Shown here one piece after another: positions 23,650 to 34,900 of a DNA stretch of 64,000 nucleotides. Source of the stretch: Ophelia neglecta (Eukaryota). The stretch is from positions 44,268,001 to 44,332,000 of the forward strand of contig OZ260662.1 in NCBI GenBank assembly GCA_965285935.1. The letters are read 5' to 3'. The notes below the pieces were generated by a model, which saw nothing but the letters and a program-made list of their open reading frames with translations, ran no database searches and was not told the DNA's origin. How positions within the stretch are numbered: position 1 is the first letter of the stretch; each line of letters opens with the position of its first letter. The translations under genes were made by a program, and so were the position numbers.

Positions 23650-24585
23650 CCCATTTCCGCTTCATTTCCTGCCTTATATTACCTTTTGTCGTGATCAATT
23701 TTTTTTGTTTTGTTTATGAAACAAGCATGATAAGCTTCATGGCAAAATGTCACCAGACCAATAAACCATTGACTTTAATTCCAAAACCATTTACAAATAA
23801 AAGGCTGGCTAATGCATCAATTTGTTGTGTGAATGGAGAGTGTCATAAGCGTCTACGGAAACTAAATCCATGACACTTCCTCAGATATGAAATAAATGCG
23901 CAAAGGGTTACATAACAAGTAGTGTCTGTAATGGACAACTAATTCACATGGTTAGAATAGACTTAAGATAAGATACAACGTCCAATGCCCCATTGAATCT
24001 AGAAATTTAAAGTGCACTTTTATATAAATAAGCCCTCTCATTGATGATATTTGCTATGCTGTTAGTTGTAAAAACGAATCCCATAAGGTAACTTAATATG
24101 TTACTACATTATTCTAATAATTCCCCTTCTGCATGTCAATTATTTTTGGAGGGTTTTCTTCCTTGTCACCTCAAACTCAGTACATATTCAATATATTGCC
24201 AATTTCTTAATTTCATTGCTTATACGTCACTGTACACTAATGTTCTGATTGTGGCTATGTAAGACACGTGCCGTGTTCCAAGGGCACTTGGTGTCTTAAA
24301 AACATTATATTTCGTTCGGGATTTATACGGTTTGGACGGAAAACTGCTGACATTTGGACAATTTAAACATATATATAATGTATGGGGGACGGTTCCGGAA
24401 CTATTAAAGAGTGTTTCACAAATTACCAAGAACCTGTAACCAGGGAACCACTGAAATAATAAATCACATAGTTCCTCATATAAAGTAATTGTCATGAAAT
24501 ATTGCAAAGACAACAAGTTAATCGTGTCTTGAAAAGAATCAATCATAATAACTGAAAAGTCGCGGTTCAATGCTGAAATTTTCAT
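23650..24585 (-). pseudogene. Decayed TNF-receptor-like gene E
   Basis: ORF 24585-24220 contains QWFPGYRFLVICE...TLYICLNCPNVSSFPSKP..SRTKYNVFKTPSALG, colinear with CRD1-2 with several Cys mutated; TDTTC at 23929-23915; hydrophobic LASLLFVNGFG..VNGLLVW afterwards. Confidence 0.55.
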
Positions 24586-24729
24586 GGGTGCCCTTGAATT
24601 GAGAAAATGCTATAGCAATACGTGTTGTAAGAAAAATGATTCCTTTTTAATAAAAGGTGGCATACAGTATAAAGAAATAAGAAAGGAAATGACTACATGC
24701 ATATAGCTTGACACAATAATCTTACAGGA

Positions 24730-25320
24730 AATGTGTCTCTGACGGTTCTTGTCGGGTTTGTGTCATTCTTGTCTATTCGCATCTGGTTTCGAATTTCTAT
24801 TTGCATCAACATCTTTGAGAGCTTTGTGTATTTTCGTTTTTCTTGTCCCTTTTCTTGTCTTCACGATATTTTGTATAAATAGGTTTTGCCGAGCCAATCA
24901 CCATTGCCACGCCTTTAGAGAGCAAAATATTGTACAAAATTTGAAATTGAGTGTCATAATGCATAGTTATATTATCAGAATTTTTTTCTCATTCGTATAT
25001 CGGACTTGCCATTGGTGTTATCACACCATTCATCAGAATTGTATTGTCGGTATAGACAAAACTGACTCGATATAACATTATACCGGTTTGAGTCAATTTT
25101 CCTTTCAATCATTGTGATGATGATTTGGCATGTCGAAGCGAATCGCAGATAGTATAAATAGTGCTCCTGTCTAGTGAACATACTTGGACATTAAATTTGA
25201 ACGTAAAACCGTACCCAATCTGCATATAAAATGTACCTATAGATTCATTCTCTTTTACTACTTAATCTTACTTGTTACTACTTTATGGGCAATACCAATA
25301 AATGGAGAATACAGATTCGT
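24730..25320 (-). pseudogene. Decayed TNF-receptor-like gene F
   Basis: Leader ICILHLLVLPI, IGYGF.....VCSLDRSTIYTICDS, GVITP/NGKSDIR, TM-like ILYNILLSKGVAMVIG followed by a basic stretch. Confidence 0.45.
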
Positions 25321-25959
25321 TCGTTACATTTTTTGATAGGTTCGGAAATGCATTCGCCCCCCCCCCCCCCCCTCCACATGACTTTTAAATATAGAAGTCA
25401 ATAGGATGATTGTACACGGTAATGATATTACTTGCGACGTACGAGTTGGACTGTTTTAAACATTTCTCCTTGTAACTCAATGTGTCTTCATTTATAAAAT
25501 GAAATGATTAATATATCCGTCATGCTATATACCTCTTATATTTTTCCACCATATCAATACTTTTGATGATGGATCATTGTATTACTTTTGTAAAGACTTG
25601 AATCTGGAACTTTTTAAATAAAAAAGTGGTTATATGCAAAAATGTCCCATCTCGTGGGAAAAATAATCTTTTTAGCTGCTACTTTATAAAAATTGAGAAA
25701 TGACCAAGACCAAATTGAGTGTATAGTGATAGATGATGACAGAGTTTTCGTGATCGGCCGGATGAATATTACTAGAAAACATCTAATGGAGTAGGAATGC
25801 TATCAAGAGCTAAACTATTTTTTAATCTACCAAGTTGATACAATTTGTGTTTTCCCACATCACATGTGTTGCTAGAATCAGAATATCACGCTAGATTTAG
25901 TGCTCCTTCATCACTTTGGTTTAAGGAATTACAAATCCTGAATGTTTAAATGTTCAATA

Positions 25960-26730
25960 CATGCTATTGCTCCACTTACTAATTAAATGCTTCACATGCT
26001 ATATTCTCTGAAACATTTGCTTTGATTCATATCAGTTTTAAATCAATATAGTCAGTAGAGCTAAATACATGTTTAAGTGGCATACAAGCACTGCCAATGC
26101 TAAAAGATAGTTTTAAGAAGCAATTGCAAATGTAGTTATCATTAATCTATAACTACTATGAGACACAAGCCATGCTTTACCAAAGCCTGGCCATCTGGCA
26201 TGTACCCCGACTTGCTCGTTATTTGGTAACAGCTGCACTATGTCGGTCAACATAATTTATCACCCGGAAAACCTGAAGTAAATAGTGCCTGCCATTGACA
26301 GGACTACGGGGAAATCTGAGCCCCTTGAGTATATCCGACAACTGCTACGATCCCCAGGCGGCATGCCGAGGAATCATAGCAGTTCGGGCATTTGCCCAAG
26401 GGGCACATACTTCACGTGGTCTCGGAAATATTTGCGAGGCATCCGAAATATTTGCGAGGCATGTTACCGGCTGCTTTCACTGACAGAAATTAAATGTGTA
26501 ACACTACAAAGTTGCAATCTATAAGAGATGGTATCAGCCCAGAAGAAAGCTTTGGTCTCATTTTCAATTTTTTTTAGAAGATCATTCTATAAAGAATCCC
26601 TTCCCTTGGGTAGAATGGAGTTTGAACAGTGAACAGTGCGAATTATGGGCTGGGTTTTGCTCCTATTTTATTAATTGAGGATGTATGTATTTCTGTAATG
26701 GTTTGTTTACACTGGTTTTTAAAGTGAATA
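25960..26730 (+). pseudogene. Decayed TNF-receptor-like gene G
   Basis: Leader MLLLHLLIKCFTC, Cys-rich fragments, DNCYDPQAAC/NHSSSGICPRGTYF...ICEAC...KCVTLQSC (ORF 26285-26524), TM-like IMGWVLLLF/ISVMVCLHWF. Confidence 0.55.
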
Positions 26731-26759
26731 AACTAACTAAAGTTAACAAATTTGCTTGG

Positions 26760-27460
26760 ACGCGATGTAAAATGACCAATCCCTTTCTAAACCTTTTCTA
26801 TTTGTATGATATATACATACACCCACACACACTGATTTTCTGAGTTCTCTCAACCACTTTTTAAGAAAATGAATACAAGTATGCCAAGAATAATATTTAG
26901 ATGATCTTTATTTCATAGTTAAAGATAGAATAGGGAGGAGTGTGAGGCGGAATGTTCTGAGATAGATAACAAAGTAATACAGAACCTGCAACATAACAAC
27001 CAGTGTAATAATATACAAACACAACTTCATTACCGCACCGCATGAACAACGTGATTAGACAGCAATATAATTAGATACAAAAAAATGTAATGGGCGATAA
27101 TAACAATAAAGATGCGGACGATATTCGCTCTCCACCAAGTCCAAATGTAATGTTCTTCGTAAGGAATTCTCGAACAGTCAGCATAATGTTTTGGATAAAA
27201 GGTGAATTCATGGTAAAAAAAGGAAATAATGTGTAAACAAGACATAATAAACCAAGTTACCTGATGTGTCAACCAGCTGGGGTCAAATTGTACCAGATAG
27301 CAGGATTTATATATGTCCCCTTTCTTTCTCTAAACCTTTTGAAAGAATCTACTGAAGAAATTAGCCTTCAAAGAATTAAATCCTTGCCATCATCCCTGTC
27401 AAGTATGTTAATAATAAAGTATTAGCCCTAGCTGCGAAATCTGAAGTGAAAAATCTCTAG
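26760..27460 (-). pseudogene. Decayed intronless class A (rhodopsin-like) GPCR
   Basis: In order: TM3-like AARANTLLLTYLT, TM4 VTWFIMSCLHIISFFY, loop Cys (ADC), TM5 NIVRIFIVIIAHYIFLYLIILL, TM6 MKLCLYIITLVVMLQVLYYFVIYL, TM7-like ILFLAYLYSF, helix-8-like KRFRKGL (26797-26777). Confidence 0.5.
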
Positions 27461-27540
27461 GGAATGTATGAGTAAGTTTTTGATCTACACTGGTTGTTTT
27501 ATATGTACATCATCACGTCTATATAATGCTTTACCATCTA

Positions 27541-27567
27541 TATACGTATATATATATATATATATAT
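27541..27567. repeat. (TA)n microsatellite
   Basis: Directly visible dinucleotide run with one CG interruption. Confidence 0.8.
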
Positions 27568-28991
27568 CTATTATAGTAAATATGGTATCTAAAGCATGAA
27601 TTGATTAAAATTGCACATATGAAACAGCACGAGCAATACCCGCTTTGCTTCCGCATGTGAGGGGGACGCATGATAGCAGTCCCGCACTGAAATATTGGAA
27701 ACGGAAGTACTGTTTCGCATTAGGAAAGTCGAATGAGCTAAATTACCAAGCTGATGAAGAAAATGACCCAAAGATAATTATGAAGTTATGTTGGGCTACA
27801 TAAACAGTTAAATACGCAATGACAATGAAAGTGACATGTCTTAAGCAATGAAGAAACATGTACAATGCATACGCAATGTACAATATCTATGCAGCTTATA
27901 TCAATACAAGCTAATAAAAAGACGTACATTTTATTGGAATGCGTATTAGTGAGCAAACAGGCAAAACCCCGCTATTTTATGCTCACAAAAGACCATTTTA
28001 TCTGGTGGTTGTGGTAGGGTAGGATAATATACATTTAATCCATCAACTAAATGTTTTATAGCGGGTTAAAATGGAATTCCCGGCCTATGCGAAAAAGGAT
28101 ATTCAATTGCTTCCGTTTAAACTACATATAATAACATGCTGAAAGTTACAACTACCTTCTTCAAATTTGATCGTAAACAATATTTTCATGACGAAATATT
28201 ACAAAACAAACAAGAAATTGAGAAAGAAATTCATTCCCCGCTAGTTCACTTGGTCACTAAACCCAGAGTCATACCATCAATAATGTGACCACAACATATC
28301 ACGCCATTCGTACTGGACAACTTGAAAAGAAAATTAATGATTACATTTGTATGATTGATAAAAAGATCTTAAGATAGTAAACAATACATCTACTTTTACT
28401 TTCTTTCATTTAAGATGACAATATGGATTTAAAAAGTGTTTCGTTTTCGAGATAATAAACAGCTCTCTTATCAAATACAGCATTCAGACATGTGTACATA
28501 ACACAGAATTCTAATTTCTGGTCACACCAATTGTCAGATGCCCAAAGAAACAGGCATGCCCCACTCCTGCTTTTGTGCTATTTCCTAGTAATCCCACGGT
28601 TTATATATTTCGCATTTCTTACGAGTTTTTAACGTAAGCCATTTACTAATTTGACAGACTATACTCATTTGGCTCGATGGTGTTACACAATTGAACAAAA
28701 GGGCTGGCTACCTCCGTGATCAACTTTCATTATCCGTCGACAGCAGGATGTTTGTGTCAACGACGAGTCATGTTTGATTTGTCTTCCTAGAAGGAGGTGA
28801 GCAAGAATTGGTCGGAGAATATAATCCAATTGTACTACCGGAATTTTCAGTTATCAACGTTCTAGCCTCATAATGCAAAGGAAATGCAAACAAAACAACT
28901 CGAGCTAAGAACTTCAATGGGAGCTGGAGTAGGTCATCCCTTATTCTTTGTCTGCAAGACAAAATACAGCAGTAAAGCCTCGACCAGATGC

Positions 28992-31900
28992 TCAACCAAA
29001 CATGCTGGTCCATAGTTGCATAAACTCGGTTTTGTCTAAGCTGCCATCTTGGTTCTGATCAAACATCTGTACCATCCAACGAGCCATTGCCGGGTCAAAA
29101 CCCATCATGTCCTGGATGACAATGACGACTTCATCAGGACTAAGTACGCCGTTACCATCTTTGTCCAACTGGTCAAACTTTGCAGCAATCTCCTCGTGCC
29201 TGCAGAGAAACACATAATGGCATGATTAGCACATAACTTTCAGAAAGTGTTTATTTTCATAGACTTGCACTTCTGAATTACATTTTTGCATCCTTCTTTG
29301 TCATTTATTTGTCGTTTTTGTAACATAAAATTGAATTGCTAGATGCATTAATAATTAGTATTTCACGGCTGCCAAAGCTTTGCTTTCGCGCATACACCAA
29401 TGACCCAAACCCTACTATTTTTCTATTGTTCGGTATATAGGCGCACTGATACTAAAACAAATCTGAATATCACCAACATAGAGTTATTTAATAGATCACC
29501 GAATTATACAGTATACCATAGAATTATACCATAAATTTGTATGATACTTCACCAATGAACAAAAAGTGCTCTCTGATATCAGCGTATACAAAATTATTGT
29601 AATACATCTATATGTTTTAAAAAAGTCTTTGATGTTGAAAAACGGGCAGCAAGGGACATGGTTTTTGTGAGATACTTGGTGAAATGTGTATTTTCTTTAT
29701 ATTAAGCGACATTGCTATATCCTATCTGATTATGAATTGCTCACTGGTCGATACATTTTAGTGCTTTAGATTATCTATTCATTCCAATCGGAGAAAAATT
29801 ACCGTCTGATAAACCATTTTTCAGTGTCTGTATTTGCAAATTGGATATTTTACTACCTTGACTGTTTGGATAATAAGATGATTTTCCTGCTTAACGTATT
29901 GAAATAATTGTTGGATATTTTTGGGCCAATTTTGGGTCTAGGAATTCGTTTATTCAGACTTTTAACCAAAAATTTGTTTCTGGGAAAATCAAAGGTCATG
30001 ATAAACATTCGAATCTACTTAATCAACAATAAATAAAAGGATAAGACGTGATTTACTTTCAAGATTAGACAATAGTTTCTAGCAAGACAAAAATTGTTAT
30101 ACTGTCATAGACTTGTTTATTTTTTATAGACTTGCACTTCCGAATAACCTTTTTGTACTGACTAGTTTATTTTGGGACTTGTATACACGTTCTCCATATA
30201 AATAAGAGAAGATTGTATTAACGTTTGTTAAGGCTGCGTTTGACGGTTTCCTCAAGAATGAGCGTTGAGCTAGTATTTATTGTATCGTACCAATGATTTG
30301 TTCAGTTTGCAAGATATCTACTCGTGTTTTTCCACAGCAAACAAATCTACCGTTTCTTTCACAGTACAATAAACATCATTCACTCTGTCAATTGAAAACA
30401 TTACTATAACAGATGGAAGTTTTATCAAGTCGTGGTAAAATGGACAAGTTAAATTTGTCGGCAGTGTGTTTTGATTGATTGTAGCTGGATATAGTGCCCC
30501 TTTTTACAAGTGAAAATCACGAAGGAGAAATGCAATGGGAATGCGCAGAATCCTTACCAACAGTTAGTCGCTACACATAAGAACATACTTTAATACATAT
30601 CTATTCTATCATAATTCATAAGGCTTATATATATATATAATATATTAAAAGATATGTCATCGGAGCAAAACTCACGTAGCCTTGGCCTCGGCGTAGAATC
30701 CGGCAAACTCCTCGATATCCAATTTGCCGTTTCCATCCTTGTCGAAGCGTTTAAGGAGCATGATGACCTTTCCCGCGGGGAAGTTGAACGGAGGTCCCTG
30801 CAGGATAGCGCTCGCCTCCTCTAGTGTGATGAATCCATTGCCGTCCTTGTCATATTCCTTAAACTTAGGCACTAAACTGGTCTTGCTGGAAGGAAACAAG
30901 AGTCACGTTCGTTAGATATAATTGGGAAACAAATAACAGGCTGTCTCCTTGTGTGCAGACAAGTGCGCCACCCTTTCAACATATTCGCTTCTGAGAGGCA
31001 TGCAATGAAAGCGGTGGTTATAACAACTATGAGCCCTGCTTTCACATTTATTAGTCCACCGATCCAAATCTAGGGCAATGTTGTTTGATTGCTTTTGTCA
31101 TCATAATTTGCAGCATTTATCTTTTCTTGAACCCGCAGATTATATCAGTACCCAGATCACACAGAAACAAAATGTAAACTTCGCTACAGAGCTCTATAAA
31201 GTTGATTGGCGGCCATTATTCAGATCGGTCGTCTGATTCACAAGCATTGGGTAGGTAGGCGTATCAATTGCCCATTAACATCCACCCCAAGGACTTGGCG
31301 GTAGACAAAGGAACTTTATTTCATCCATTAGTACCTTTTTGGTTGCTCCCTCCAGACTAAACATCTTCCCCTGCGGCCTATTCGTTCTCTAGCGATTGGA
31401 ATCTTTATTATGTTTACCTAACTGATTTTTCAGTAGATACGATGGGTTTTAATTGGTTCCAATGAACAAACACCGTCATAATAAGAAACTGCGAAAGTGC
31501 CAGTAGATTACCAAAAATGTCAGTTTCTCAATGGCTTAAAAACTCGACTGAATATATATAGGCTCACTAAGGGATCATCCAATTTTCCCTGTGATTACAT
31601 CAAACTTCTACTTAGAGAAAAAATCGGATTTGGCATCAGTTATGTAGTTATGTATTGCCTTGAGTATCTTTGATAGTCGATTGAAGTTAATTATCGCATA
31701 AGACCATAACACGATATTCCTCAATCCTCACTGTTTTTAGTAAGTAAACATTATGCTTTGTAAGGCATTCATTCTCTTCTCGACTATACTGATTTGATAC
31801 CTATTGTTTTGTTCTTTCTTACACTTGACGCATTCATTTCCCCGCCATATACACTTGCAAAGCTGTAAAATAACACCGGCCAATCCTACCACAGGCTGGT

Positions 31901-34900
31901 CCTTTTTTAGAACAGTTCTTATAAATAATACGCCTGACTTGCCGAAGGTATCCCGGATTAATTTGCCATTAGATTTTATTTTTAAATTCATAACCCGTAT
32001 TCACCTTTATCTGCAAACAAGGTGAATAACATGTTTACAATTTGCAAGTCAGGCTTGCGTTCATGGTGCCGTGATTAAAACTGTAGGGGCACATTCGGTG
32101 AAATAAAATATTTTCACAAGACTGTGTATTGAGGAATGGAAAAATGAACGTGTGTTTGTGTCGTTACAGATTCGTGCGGCTTTGTGTTAACAGCGATGCG
32201 AAAGGTGCGGCGAAAGCAGCATTGGTAGCACAATAATCTATAATATCCGCTATTTTAAAACCCAACCTTTACCCAAACAAATCGGTTTTGTTCTTGATAC
32301 AAGTGGGTAAGGGTAGGGTTATTATTGTGATCATACCAGCTCATTTTAGGAGGCCCAGCTGCTTCGCCGCAGCTTTCGCTTTTAACACAAAGCCATTCGT
32401 GCCGTGTTTATGTCATAAAGCTTCTATCTTTCAGTAAATAGGTCCGTTTGGACTCATAAATGTGACAAGGTTATGACGACGCAAAGAACTCAATCTAAGA
32501 CCTCTTTCCATACCTTAATACCTATTTGTTGTCAAACAGGCCATAGAACTACCAGTGCCCATACGGAAGAATTTGTACAATATTTTTTTTTTTTTTCTTC
32601 CTGATAACATTGATTTACCCATAGTTACATGCACATGTAACATGTTTTTCAAAGACATTTGAATGTTAAATGTGACTTATTTGAGTCCAGTTATGGCTAT
32701 TTTGAAATGCGTGTTTATAAAGCGGGTCCCATGACACTAGTAACCAAGTGTCACTTGTCCCGCTGTATTTAATCATCTCCTCTTGTCATCAGCCGATGAC
32801 GGTCTCAGCTGCACCACTTCTAGCCATGTAGCTACACTCCTATAGGCTATCATTTCTCTTGAATGCACAGCCATGGGCCTAATTAGCAGGTGGCTGTCAA
32901 ATCAGTCTGTCTTTCCTTTACCAGCTAACAAATCTTAAGCGAAACCTTATTTTGCATCTACTGAAGGTACGACAGTTAAAATTAAGGTTTGTACAAGCAG
33001 CAGTATTTCACAAACACAAAATTATTGTCTCACCACTAGTTTATCTGAAAATAAATAGCGTTTTAAAAATAATTTTGCAATTTCATATTAAGTAAATATT
33101 TTACGATGATTCAAATTAAGTAAATACTCTACGATGCGTTTAGGCTTCAACCATTTAAATATGAGCACATTTGTCTGAATAGTAAGGAGAAAACCAGACG
33201 AGAGTGTAGGCCTATCATGGCATTTAAAGCGCAACTCAGGGACCAGCGGTTTATTTTTATGTTAATAGAATGCAACGAATAAAAAAACATACCAAAAAAC
33301 ATGTATAAGTGTCTACATCAGGCAAAGTGGTCTGGCTTTGTCGCATATTTAATGTAATCAAACTTATCAACCAGTCAAGACAGATTCCTCTGGACCAAAG
33401 CGGCAGGTAATTACATGCATTATTCGGTAAAAACATGTGCAAAGAAAGCATAGGACGGCTGGGTAAATTGGTTTGAAATCCCACAGACTTACGTTTCATC
33501 AATCTTCTGCCTGAAAGTGTTGAACTCAGCAGCAGATAAGCGACCGTCATTGTTCTTGTCAAAACGTTTGACATAGTGCATGGCCCGGTCCTCGGGATAT
33601 TTGAGCTCATCCCGAAGTATTTTCACCGCCTCTTCGAATGACATAAATTGCTCCCCGCTAGAGATAAAGGTACATAGCTTAAAATGAATTACCATAACAC
33701 AGACTTTTGGCAGAAGGCTAACGGTTAATTGGGAAGGCAAAATGTAAAATATGATATGGATTGAAGATAGATATAGGCCTATATAAGAGTTCAATAATCA
33801 TTCCATAAGTTCCTAACCATACCTAAGTTGATAAAATCAAACCAGTCAAGAGGTTATTTTTAATGACAACTTTGCATTTCAATGGCAAGGACGATAAAGG
33901 TAAAATTAAGCCGTGGGTATTAGTAAATTATAATTGCGCACAAAGATTGCCAGGATATGGAAATCCCGTGCATCCTAGCGTCCGCAAACAAAAAGGAATT
34001 TGCTTCATATCTGCACATTTAATAATTAAATTTGGTAAAAGAGCGACAAAGAAAACAGTAAATATAAGAATATTGTAGCTTTAATCGTTATGCACAGAAT
34101 GCAAAACCCATGTTTAATTGTAGAAGTGGTGCAAGAGCGCCAATGCTGGACCGGAAGCTCAGTACCATTTAGTTTGTACACACATCACGTTACAGTTGAA
34201 TCTTACATATTCTTGTCAGGACATTGCTGGCTATTTCTATGATTAATTTTTGAAGTGAAAAAAGGAAATTAAACCAAATACTGTTCAAAAGGTGGAGGAA
34301 ACCCTCCCTGTTTAAAGAAAATTTAAGCGATTAATGTGATCAGACCAACTCTACTTCTACAGTGTAGTAGGTTATCACCTACTTCCAGAAAGTTAACACA
34401 ATCCCAACGCATAAAACTGATAGAATTGAATCACTCCAACACTCTAAGGCGATCAGCTTGATTAAATCATTTTATCACTATTTTCGGCGTAAGATTTATC
34501 ACATTATCTCCCCAACATAAGACCGCTCAAGATTTATCTGACCCACTCCATTTCAAACAGGACGGACATTTTTTATCATCACGGTCCACCAACACGTGCA
34601 ACCTATCAATGGCAGTGAAATTCAAGCAGATGTGAGGGAAATAGAATCCATCAATTGTATGCGAAACATCCGTAAACCACAAAACCCATTTCTAGATCTT
34701 GGAGGCAAATCTGAGATAATTAAAAAGGCGGAAGGTTAACGACAATTTTAACGTTTATTTGGTATTGCTAAATCCTAATCTGGTCGCAGGCCCTGATTTT
34801 GAGTTTTGATATAGAAGCCCAATTCATTATTCCTATGACTGCCAATTCAACCTGTTTCAGACCATATACATCTTTAAGCTACGCATATAACATACTAAAC

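Noticed and set aside
25040-25110. GKLTQTG/VISSQF resembling a TNF-ligand homology domain
   Set aside because: The rest of the unit has type I topology and CRD-like motifs; no other THD strands seen.
26281-26328. Three in-frame TGA codons at Cys-like positions (selenocysteine?)
   Set aside because: The region has many other stops and frameshifts and no SECIS was recognised; decay explains it.
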